From IMG/VR virus record IMGVR_UViG_3300014202_000879, positions 181,889-207,092 of that record: DNA of 25,204 bases. One strand, written 5' to 3'. Positions within the stretch are counted from its first letter, which is position 1. Each line of letters opens with the position of its first letter. Shown piece by piece: positions 1 through 7,602 of the stretch. The translations under genes and the position numbers were made by a program. Below the pieces are notes generated by a model. That model saw only the letters and a program-made list of their open reading frames with translations. It did not search any database and was not told the DNA's origin. Origin of the DNA: a virus.

Positions 1-1
1 C

Positions 2-256
2 ATTACCCAGCAGTACTACGGAAAAGACAAAGAGATGTACGTAGACATAGTGGCGTTTGTCGAAGGTTTGGCTACCGTGATCACGTTTGCCAGGATGCTA
101 AACCTAGATGTCTACATACCTCTGATTGGTGCTGGTTATGGTGGCCTAACGCCCGATCAGTCCATGACATACATTCGAGCGGCACTGCAAAGGGCCAATA
201 CCACAGACAGAACAATCGGCAATGTTACCAAACTTCTGACTGTCTGCTACCAGTAA
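2..256 (+). CDS. Macrodomain (ADP-ribose binding/hydrolase-like) protein, 5'-truncated by the window edge
   Basis: The frame is open from base 2 (ITQQYYGKDKEMYVD...). 'TQxxYG...VD' followed by 'YIPLIGAGYGG' matches the C-terminal half of phage/Poa1p-like macrodomains (PxIGxGxGG loop). Confidence 0.7.
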   Translation: MTQQYYGKDKEMYVDIVAFVEGLATVITFARMLNLDVYIPLIGAGYGGLTPDQSMTYIRAALQRANTTDRTIGNVTKLLTVCYQ

Positions 257-376
257 TGACCTCGATACAGGCCCGATGAAACAACCACACTTCGTTACCT
301 GCAGCATTACCTATGTGTTTACCCGTACCTTGCTGGGGTACGGGTAAACATCTTCTTTTTCATACAGCCAACCACC

Positions 377-973
377 ATGAAAATCCCCAAACACTTCACC
401 CGCCACACCACAACCGCCTTCACGACAAAGGATGGCGAATGTATCAACATGAAAACATTCAGCTGTCTTATTCCCCAGCTTCACCACTACGCCGCTATCA
501 TTTATCCAGAAATCACAGAGCAGAACAAGCATGTTTTTGCCGATACTGGTGTTGTCAGTGAAGCAATAAAGACCGTTTTCAAAGACACCGACGGTGTCAA
601 CGGCCCATTGGCAGTTGCGGGTGTGAAGGAACTCAGTGAGCTTTATGCTTCAGAACTGTGTGTTCCAAAGTCCATGATGTCGCGAAAAGGTGTACTGCCG
701 GAGAATGTATCTGTCTGTCTCGTATACCCACGTCCATCGGCCACCGAATTATCACCCTTTCTACAATGGGGACGAAATTCGGTTCCCGGTTTCTGGTCTG
801 TCCAAATACCGATCGAACCAGTGTCTGAGACCAGTTTGCAAGAAATCCTGCAGGCTCACCTGAGATTCATGGATAAGACTTTTCTGGTTTTGCACCGAAC
901 GATTATCGCGCAGCGACAGCCGCAATGCGCTAAAGCCGACCCATCTGTAAAAGTTTACCGGCACCCCACATGA
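377..973 (+). CDS. Hypothetical protein, paralog of 1015..2010
   Basis: 198-aa ORF. It aligns by eye over its length with the N-terminal ~180 aa of the next ORF (MKIxxxFTR, HYAxxxYxE, GVxxLxxLYA, ENxSxCxVxxxPSA, LQEILxxH). Confidence 0.85.
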   Translation: MKIPKHFTRHTTTAFTTKDGECINMKTFSCLIPQLHHYAAIIYPEITEQNKHVFADTGVVSEAIKTVFKDTDGVNGPLAVAGVKELSELYASELCVPKSMMSRKGVLPENVSVCLVYPRPSATELSPFLQWGRNSVPGFWSVQIPIEPVSETSLQEILQAHLRFMDKTFLVLHRTIIAQRQPQCAKADPSVKVYRHPT

Positions 974-1014
974 GGTGTCAGTAAACAATCTTTTTTTCAC
1001 TTAACCAATTCACC

Positions 1015-2010
1015 ATGAAAATCCTCGAACAATTCACCCGTCGCCAAACCCAATCTTACGTGGTTGATGACGGTGTCACTCTCCGCATGAGTGTCGTCAA
1101 CTATCTTGTTCCCGATCCCCGTCATTACGCCACGGTGGTCTATATCGAAGTAGACGAGCGTAGTGCCGACATGTTGTCTGAGAACGACGACTCCTGTGAG
1201 GATCTGTTTGACTACTTGCTCGAAACCATGGGCTCAGAGATCGTCCCCATGATTTTTGAAGGTGTGGTCGATCTCACTGCACTTTACGCCGAGACCTACA
1301 GTATCCCCGATCAGGCTGTGACACGAGATGGTCGGCTTGTGGAAAATATGTCCACCTGTTTTGTGTTCCAGAAACCATCGGCCCCAGGTGTCAGTCTGTG
1401 TGAACCAGAAGAAGACTGTGAAGTCAATGTCACGTTTGCGCAGATGCCGGTGATCCCCATGACCGATGAAGCTCTGCAGGAAATCCTGGCGACGCACATG
1501 GCGGCCATGGGACAAGTCTTTGTCTTCGCCCAACCCACTGCCTCTGTTTTGTTTGACATGAAAGTTCCTGACGAATGGGTCGATTTGGTCAAGGCCGTCA
1601 TGCATGTGCGCGATGCCTATGTGTGGGCAGATCAGTCGGTCAATCATCGTGAAAACACGGCGATAGAAAACCAGCCCAAAGAGTGGCATGAGCTGACCGA
1701 ACGTCAGAAGTTCATGGTCTATCGGTGTGTGGTCGAAGAAATGACGTTGGCACTCAGTGTCGCAGACGACGAAAGCGACCCGCGCATGACGACCACGACG
1801 TTGACGCTGAGTCCTCGTCAGCGTATGTTCAAAGCAGCATGTGTTGTGGTGACCAGCATGGCCACAGAAACCATCCGGGGTCTGGTGGCCAGGCTGGAGG
1901 AAGCAGAGATCGAGAAACTGCAAGCCAAGCCAGCAGAGATCGAGACCCAAGTCACCTCTGACACCGCGACGCAGGCAGAACCCGCAGACACCATCTCTGA
2001 TCAGGGGTAA
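1015..2010 (+). CDS. Hypothetical protein, paralog of 377..973 with a C-terminal helical extension
   Basis: 331-aa acidic ORF with shared motifs as above. It ends 2 nt before tmk. Confidence 0.88.
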   Translation: MKILEQFTRRQTQSYVVDDGVTLRMSVVNYLVPDPRHYATVVYIEVDERSADMLSENDDSCEDLFDYLLETMGSEIVPMIFEGVVDLTALYAETYSIPDQAVTRDGRLVENMSTCFVFQKPSAPGVSLCEPEEDCEVNVTFAQMPVIPMTDEALQEILATHMAAMGQVFVFAQPTASVLFDMKVPDEWVDLVKAVMHVRDAYVWADQSVNHRENTAIENQPKEWHELTERQKFMVYRCVVEEMTLALSVADDESDPRMTTTTLTLSPRQRMFKAACVVVTSMATETIRGLVARLEEAEIEKLQAKPAEIETQVTSDTATQAEPADTISDQG

Positions 2011-2012
2011 GC

Positions 2013-2786
2013 ATGTCGTTTGTGCACACACACTGCAAAATCATCTCCATCGAAGGCACCGATGGTGCCGGCAAAGCCACACAGACCAAACTGATGGTGA
2101 AAGCCCTTACGGATGCTGGCTACAAGGTCGACTCCATGTCGTTCCCCCGGTACGACACGCCCTCCGGTAAAGCCATTCGGCGTATGCTGACTTCCGACGA
2201 ATCCAATACCATCAGCATGGCCGACCGCATTGGTCTGTATGCAGCCGATCGATTGGCTGCTCGCAGCGCCATCTACCGATCCATGATGAAGAACGACTTC
2301 ATTGTCATGGATCGGTATGTCGAGTCCATGGTCATATACGGTCAAGCGTTGTTCGATATCGGGCAACTGGGAGGGCCATCGACCTGCATGTTTACCTCCA
2401 GCAACATGGTCAAGGAGTTTGTTCGGCGGCTCGAATACAGCATCAACAAGATGCCTATTCCTGCCATCAACTTCAACCTGTTGGTCCCACCTGACCGCTC
2501 CCTGACCAATGCACAGGGGCGTGGTGAAGCCGATAAAAACGACTCCAATGCACGGTTGCAAAAAGCTGTGCACATGAAGATGTTGCTTCAGGAGAAGCAG
2601 CATGATGCTATTTATGGCACGTACATGGCCCAGAGCTACCATCAATGCACCGATCCTCAGACGAAAGAAATGTACTCGCCAGAGGTTATCAGTGCCTTGC
2701 TGATCGATGACCTGAAACGCAAAAACATTCTGTCTACCGCCGTTACTTTCCAGACAACGTTTCACGAAGAATTCTTGTACTCATGA
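2013..2786 (+). CDS. tmk: Thymidylate (dTMP) kinase
   Basis: P-loop ISIEGTDGAGKATQ, FPRYDTP, LYAADR and MDRYVES motifs. Confidence 0.93.
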   Translation: MSFVHTHCKIISIEGTDGAGKATQTKLMVKALTDAGYKVDSMSFPRYDTPSGKAIRRMLTSDESNTISMADRIGLYAADRLAARSAIYRSMMKNDFIVMDRYVESMVIYGQALFDIGQLGGPSTCMFTSSNMVKEFVRRLEYSINKMPIPAINFNLLVPPDRSLTNAQGRGEADKNDSNARLQKAVHMKMLLQEKQHDAIYGTYMAQSYHQCTDPQTKEMYSPEVISALLIDDLKRKNILSTAVTFQTTFHEEFLYS

Positions 2787-3553
2787 ACTCAGTACCCCCA
2801 CCCCACGTTCGTACCGACCCCAGGTCTTGTCATTTTATGACGGACCGAGAAATTCAGCAGAAATGCGAACTCACCTCCTTGGATCGACAAAACGGTGCGA
2901 AACCACTCATCGCTCCTTTCATCTCGTACTCCTGCTCTACCCTACCCGATGGGCGAAAGGGGCCTTCGTATGGGCTGTCGTCATTTGGTTACGACATTCG
3001 ACTGAGTCACACCTTCGATATCCACAACCCACGTGCGATCGAACACGACAGTGGCCACCTCGTTCCTCCTAACGACGACAGCGATGAGATTCAATACAAG
3101 CTCGCTGGGCAAATCAATCCATACAGGATGAAACTGCCCTGTACCCAAGGAATCATCGATTTCGCCAACCAAGCCAGCAACATTGAAGACGGTGCCTTTA
3201 CCCGTTTCTCCAATGTCGAGTGGATCGATATACCGCCGTTGGGGTTTGCCTTGGCTGCGTCCATGGAGTACTTCAACATTCCCAGCAATTCAAAAGGAAT
3301 TTGTATGGGAAAATCCACAGTGGCCCGCAACGCAATCCATGTGTTTGTGACTCCGTTGGAACCCGAGTGGTCTGGATACCTCACTCTGGAAATCTTCAAC
3401 TCCACCAGAAGCCCTGCTCGTCTGTATGCAGGTATGGGCATCACACAGATCATGTTCGTGGCCGACAACACAAACCCAGAGACCACCTACGCCGATCGTA
3501 CCGGTAAATACCAATACCAACCGGAACTACCGGTTCGCGCTATGTCGAAGTAA
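2783..3553 (+). CDS. dcd: dCTP deaminase
   Basis: SYGLSSFGYDIRL, GKSTVAR, TPLEPEWSGYLTLE and YADRTGKYQ motifs. ATGA overlap with tmk. Confidence 0.95.
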   Translation: MNSVPPPHVRTDPRSCHFMTDREIQQKCELTSLDRQNGAKPLIAPFISYSCSTLPDGRKGPSYGLSSFGYDIRLSHTFDIHNPRAIEHDSGHLVPPNDDSDEIQYKLAGQINPYRMKLPCTQGIIDFANQASNIEDGAFTRFSNVEWIDIPPLGFALAASMEYFNIPSNSKGICMGKSTVARNAIHVFVTPLEPEWSGYLTLEIFNSTRSPARLYAGMGITQIMFVADNTNPETTYADRTGKYQYQPELPVRAMSK

Positions 3554-3563
3554 CCGTCGTTGT

Positions 3564-3595
3564 CCAGGCACCCCAGCATCAGCTGGGGTGCCTGG
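3564..3595 (+). terminator. Strong intergenic hairpin (terminator or processing site)
   Basis: CCAGGCACCCCAGC-ATCA-GCTGGGGTGCCTGG is a perfect 14-bp stem just after the dcd stop. There is no adjacent U-tract. Confidence 0.55.
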
Positions 3596-3641
3596 CAATG
3601 CAATTCTCTGGATACGCCCTATTTTTCTTAAAGGATTGCAT

Positions 3642-4196
3642 ATGGTCACCACCACAGATTCCAAAGTCGAAACCCCTGAACAGGTTGCCGTCAATAAGAT
3701 CTACTTTGTATTCATTCACGGAGACCCAAAGTCTTTTCTGCCTGCATTTCTGACCAAGCTGTTCACCAGGTCCGAGTGCTTCCACTGTGGGTTTGTCGAT
3801 ATGGATGACAACACGCTGATCGATATGAATTTGCTGCCACGCAAAACCCACTGGCCTTGCTATGTGAAGCCTTGCTACGCTAACCTGTACCCCGTGACAC
3901 CCATGTTCCTTAACCGAGCCTTTCTGGAGTATTGTCTGAAATACCGCTCCAGGACTGTTTACGGGTTCATGGATTATTTGATGTTTGGATTCCGGTGGTT
4001 CTACAAACTCATCGGTCGACCTGTGCCTGACAGCAAAGGTGATATTTGCACTGCCATGGTTGTGAATTGGGCCAATGCCAGCGGTGCTTACCAGATTCCA
4101 GCAGACGTCATCTACTCGCCAGGTGAGTTGGAGGACTACGTCAAGGATGTCTTGAAGCTCAAGCCCATCCGTTACGAATTCCCTGTCAAACTGTAA
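3642..4196 (+). CDS. Permuted papain-like (NlpC/P60, YaeF/YiiX C92-type) amidase/peptidase
   Basis: Start moved to ATG 3642 (AAGGA upstream). His-before-Cys order: 'TRSECFHCGF', 'YGFMDY', 'DICTAMV', 'SPGEL'. Confidence 0.7.
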   Translation: MVTTTDSKVETPEQVAVNKIYFVFIHGDPKSFLPAFLTKLFTRSECFHCGFVDMDDNTLIDMNLLPRKTHWPCYVKPCYANLYPVTPMFLNRAFLEYCLKYRSRTVYGFMDYLMFGFRWFYKLIGRPVPDSKGDICTAMVVNWANASGAYQIPADVIYSPGELEDYVKDVLKLKPIRYEFPVKL

Positions 4197-4199
4197 CGG

Positions 4200-4682
4200 A
4201 TGCTCAGTCCCATGGAAAAAGTAGCCATTAACCAACGATCAAGAATCTTCCTTCTGAGAAAAGGCCAGTTCATGGTCATGATCCGGAAGTTTGCCAACAA
4301 CAACGCTTTGCTGCTACCAGGCGGTGGTGTAGAAGGACGTGAGACCTTCGAGCAAGCTATCATCCGAGAAGTCAAGGAGGAGCTGGAGTTCGAAATGCAG
4401 TCGAAACCAATCTTTGTCTGTGACTACATCAACGAGAGAGTTCCGCATCCGGATGAAGCAAAGCGACTCAAAGGTACCACACTGGTGCGTGACGAGTACC
4501 ATTTCTACCGATACCAGCTCAAGCACTCCGACCAGGTCCATATATCTAGTCAAGAGAAATCCAAGTTCATCACAGCAGGTTTTATCTTCCCCAGTGAAAT
4601 AGACGCCATGGCTGCGCGCTACAATGCAGACATAGGCCCAGCCATCAAGACGGCACTAGCCAAACTGACACAAACAACATGA
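4200..4682 (+). CDS. Nudix hydrolase
   Basis: Nudix box LPGGGVEGRETFEQAIIREVKEELEF. Alternative start at 4212. Confidence 0.9.
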   Translation: MLSPMEKVAINQRSRIFLLRKGQFMVMIRKFANNNALLLPGGGVEGRETFEQAIIREVKEELEFEMQSKPIFVCDYINERVPHPDEAKRLKGTTLVRDEYHFYRYQLKHSDQVHISSQEKSKFITAGFIFPSEIDAMAARYNADIGPAIKTALAKLTQTT

Positions 4683-5188
4683 GCGACACGATACTGACCA
4701 ACCACAGAACCAGAGCCTTCATGTTCTACAACGCAAGGTTTTTGGTTCTTCTGCGTGACTTCAAACCCAATCTGACTGTGCTGTTGCCTGGTGGTGGCAT
4801 CGATCCAGGTGAAACATCCCTGGATGCCATGAAGCGAGAGATCAAGGAAGAGATCAACTTTGACGTGGTGCGTGAGCCGACCAAGTTCTATACCCATCAC
4901 GAGTACAGGCAACCTTACCCTGACGAACTCAGTCAGTGGGCAAAAGACCATCCTGAGCAGCCCTACCCTTACAGCAAGATAGAAGACGTGTTCGACTTCT
5001 ACATTTACCAGCTCAGTGGCACCGATAAAATAGGTGTACCCAATGAAGAAAAACACAAGTTCGAACACTGGGGGTTCATCTACCCCCATGAGCTCGACTC
5101 GTACGCGAGGCGTTTCGATGCGGAGATGGGCGTGGGAATCAAGCAAGCCTTGAAGATTGCGACCGAGCAAAGGCACAACATGCACTGA
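4679..5188 (+). CDS. Nudix hydrolase (tandem paralog)
   Basis: Nudix box LPGGGIDPGETSLDAMKREIKEEINF. It shares FYxYQL, EKxKF, GFIxPxE and IKxAL with the preceding gene. Confidence 0.9.
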   Translation: MSDTILTNHRTRAFMFYNARFLVLLRDFKPNLTVLLPGGGIDPGETSLDAMKREIKEEINFDVVREPTKFYTHHEYRQPYPDELSQWAKDHPEQPYPYSKIEDVFDFYIYQLSGTDKIGVPNEEKHKFEHWGFIYPHELDSYARRFDAEMGVGIKQALKIATEQRHNMH

Positions 5189-5190
5189 TG

Positions 5191-5224
5191 CAGCTATACG
5201 TGCACACGTGTGCACGTATAGCTG
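5191..5224. repeat. Perfect 34-bp palindrome
   Basis: CAGCTATACGTGCACACGTGTGCACGTATAGCTG equals its own reverse complement. Confidence 0.95.
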
Positions 5225-5245
5225 TTGCTAGGCCCGAATGGGTGC

Positions 5246-5262
5246 TATATACCTGAACTGAC
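5246..5262 (+). promoter_or_regulatory. Putative phage promoter motif, copy 1
   Basis: TATATACCTGAACTGAC matches five other intergenic copies and is followed by AAGGAG and ATG 5282. Confidence 0.7.
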
Positions 5263-5281
5263 TAGACACAAGGAGTTAGCC

Positions 5282-5725
5282 ATGCTTAGTCATTACTACT
5301 GGTCCAGAAAGACCGGATACGGGGTGCATTCCAGAGGAGACAAAAGATTCTCTCCAATGTTTGCACGACACACAGATGGTCGGTGTTTAGAGGCTGTGTA
5401 CCAAAACGACATCAAAGGATTGTCGCCAGGGCTGGCTGATTGGAGACTCAACAAAGGAAAGCCTCCTATCGACACCACCATAGACACCTGGGGTTTGTAC
5501 TTGCAGATGTACAGAGACTGGGCTTACCGCAACATGCATTTGATCCACGAGCTCAGATTAGCTTGTAGACCACATGACAACTATTTGTGTGACTGGTTCT
5601 CCACCACACATTTAAATCAGGCGCATGCGCTTGCCATCATTCTCTACGAAACACAAGAAGGTGTTTTTGAAAGACTGACGTTCTATGACATGAAAATGGG
5701 CATTATCAAATTGGAGAAACCATGA
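5282..5725 (+). CDS. Conserved phage hypothetical protein (SxGDKRFS...GKPP...NQAxAL family)
   Basis: Start moved to ATG 5282 (AAGGAG SD). The motifs SRGDKRFSPMFAR, DGRxLExxYQ, KGKPP and NQAHALA resemble a family I recall from large phages. Function not assigned. Confidence 0.75.
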   Translation: MLSHYYWSRKTGYGVHSRGDKRFSPMFARHTDGRCLEAVYQNDIKGLSPGLADWRLNKGKPPIDTTIDTWGLYLQMYRDWAYRNMHLIHELRLACRPHDNYLCDWFSTTHLNQAHALAIILYETQEGVFERLTFYDMKMGIIKLEKP

Positions 5726-6000
5726 ATGAAATTATCTCGATCAGCGAACTGGTTGCTGTTGTCGTATGGAGCATCACAGTTGTGGTGATTGCCGGACACA
5801 TAATGACCATGATGGCTATCCGTAGATCCAACAACGACATGGTGTTTCTTAAATTCTGCATCATTGTGCTGACCGAAGTGATGCTTAACATCCTGTCTGT
5901 GGCAGCACTGTGTTTTGTTGGTCACGCCGTGTCATGGTTGCTCATCTTCGACGCAATCGCGTTGGTTGTGACCTTGACGCTTGTTTTCAAATACCGTTAA
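5722..6000 (+). CDS. Small membrane protein (type A1, ~3 TM)
   Basis: 92 aa with three hydrophobic segments. ATGA overlap with the upstream gene. Confidence 0.8.
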   Translation: MNEIISISELVAVVVWSITVVVIAGHIMTMMAIRRSNNDMVFLKFCIIVLTEVMLNILSVAALCFVGHAVSWLLIFDAIALVVTLTLVFKYR

Positions 6001-6023
6001 TCACTCTCTTTACAGGAAAATCC

Positions 6024-6356
6024 ATGTTTGATCAAAACAATACGCTTATAGCGTTGCTGGTTGTTGCCTTCGTTGTTTTCAACACAGCCACCATGTTATG
6101 CTTCCTCTCGGTACTGTGTTATGACATGAGGTCACGAGCGGAATTCTACATCCCAATGCTTGGGGCCCTGCTGTTCCAGGTACTGAGCCTATTGGTGACT
6201 AAGATGTTGATTAATCACGGTGTGGATATGACAGAGGGACTTTTCTTTGTCGCATTTATGCTTCTTGCTTATTTGATTCTTCTTGTTTTTACATCGATAG
6301 AAATATCTAATATCGAATCTCAGGAAGCAAAAACCTCAATCCAGGAGCTAACATGA
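6024..6356 (+). CDS. Small membrane protein (type B1, ~3 TM)
   Basis: Start moved to ATG 6024 (AGGA SD). MFDQNNTLIALLVVAF is paralogous to the start of 6650..6934. Confidence 0.82.
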   Translation: MFDQNNTLIALLVVAFVVFNTATMLCFLSVLCYDMRSRAEFYIPMLGALLFQVLSLLVTKMLINHGVDMTEGLFFVAFMLLAYLILLVFTSIEISNIESQEAKTSIQELT

Positions 6357-6640
6357 GCCAAATTCCCGCACCCATGGCAACCGTTGCCGTTATTTTGTTT
6401 TGGATGCTCACAATTATCGCTGGGATTCTTTTGATCCGCATGATTTTCTTGACCAAAGACCACGACGGCTTCCTTGCCATCTCGGTTCTTTACTTATCTA
6501 TGATGGCGATTAAGCTTTTCTGTGGAGTGGTGCTTTCTACTGCAAGCCAACCAGTGACACAGTTTCTGATCACCGATATAACTGGGTTGGTCGGATACTT
6601 GATATTGCTCATCCTCACAGTCACACGTACGCGTAACTAA
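6353..6640 (+). CDS. Small membrane protein (type A2, ~3 TM)
   Basis: 95 aa, AGGAG SD. Close paralog of 6943..7230 (LLIRMIFLT[KR]DH, QPVxQxLITDI). Confidence 0.85.
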   Translation: MSQIPAPMATVAVILFWMLTIIAGILLIRMIFLTKDHDGFLAISVLYLSMMAIKLFCGVVLSTASQPVTQFLITDITGLVGYLILLILTVTRTRN

Positions 6641-6649
6641 GGAAATCTC

Positions 6650-6934
6650 ATGTTTAATCAAGACACACTCGCAGCACTTCTGGTTGTTGCGTTCGCGATA
6701 TTCGTCACCATTGCGTTACTGTGCCACATCGCGGCATTGGGATACAGTAAAAGGTACCCACTGGCGTTCTATGTCTCCTTGTTGGGGGCCTTGTTTTTTG
6801 AAATACTTGGCTTGCTGGTGTTAGCAGGTCTGGGTTTGCTTGGTGCAGATATGAGATTGGGTATTCTCATTGTCATGCTTACGTTACTTCTGCATTTGGT
6901 TATCGTTGGTCAAGAAATCAGCTACCGGAAGTAG
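6650..6934 (+). CDS. Small membrane protein (type B2, ~3 TM)
   Basis: 94 aa. MFNQDTLAALLVVAF, FYxxxLGALxF and EIS are shared with B1. Confidence 0.85.
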   Translation: MFNQDTLAALLVVAFAIFVTIALLCHIAALGYSKRYPLAFYVSLLGALFFEILGLLVLAGLGLLGADMRLGILIVMLTLLLHLVIVGQEISYRK

Positions 6935-6942
6935 GAAACACC

Positions 6943-7230
6943 ATGAGCGAAACTTTCACGCCCACGACAACAACAGTTGTCATCCTGTACTGGATGTTCA
7001 CAGTCATAGCTGGAGGCCTTTTGATCCGCATGATTTTCTTGACCAGAGATCACGTTGAGTTCTTCGCCACCTCGGTGATTTACTTACTCGTTACGATGAT
7101 CAAGCTCTCGTGCGTGGCGGTGCTTTATTCCGTAAATCAACCAGTGGTACAACCTCTGATCACCGATATACTCGGGTTGATCTTCTATTTGTTGTTACTC
7201 GTCCTCATGTTCATGCGCACACGTGTCTAA
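6943..7230 (+). CDS. Small membrane protein (type A3, ~3 TM)
   Basis: 95 aa, paralog of 6353..6640 at both protein and DNA level (ttttgatccgcatgattttcttgacca is shared). Confidence 0.85.
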   Translation: MSETFTPTTTTVVILYWMFTVIAGGLLIRMIFLTRDHVEFFATSVIYLLVTMIKLSCVAVLYSVNQPVVQPLITDILGLIFYLLLLVLMFMRTRV

Positions 7231-7240
7231 GGAAATTGCT

Positions 7241-7561
7241 ATGACCCACATTGAAATGATCTGCATCCTGGCGTTGATCCTCATGGCCCTGTCTGTGAGT
7301 TTCACCGTGTCTAGCCTATTGGTACTGGTGCTGACGAGAAACTGTGCACCAGATATCTTTAACCAAACCAAAACGATAGCGACGGCATCGATTTCGATTG
7401 GCCTGATGTCGTTTTTTGCATTTGTCTCGCTGTCAAGCGACCCCGATGCTTACATTGTGTATCTGGTAGCATACCTGGTGGTCATGTTGCCTTTGCTAAC
7501 ACTGTACGCCAGTCTCCTGTCTGATCAGCAAGAGACTGTGATTCGCTACGATCGGCAGTAA
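7241..7561 (+). CDS. Small membrane protein (divergent, in the B position, ~3 TM)
   Basis: Start moved to ATG 7241 (TAAGGA SD, as at the 6640/6650 junction). Three hydrophobic segments. Confidence 0.8.
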   Translation: MTHIEMICILALILMALSVSFTVSSLLVLVLTRNCAPDIFNQTKTIATASISIGLMSFFAFVSLSSDPDAYIVYLVAYLVVMLPLLTLYASLLSDQQETVIRYDRQ

Positions 7562-7602
7562 ACCACAATCACCACTCAACAACTATTTAAAGAGGAATTA
7601 CC

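Noticed and set aside
1902-1945. 14-bp repeat AGCAGAGATCGAGA at 1902 and 1932
   Set aside because: It is a short in-frame duplication (AEIE) in a low-complexity tail with no sign of separate function.
3426-3641. Upstream extensions of ORF-track calls (also 5225, 5910, 9203, 13800, 16140, 19404, 21094, 22295, 24329)
   Set aside because: They overlap upstream genes, hairpins or promoter motifs. Downstream ATGs fit the SD position or gene packing better.
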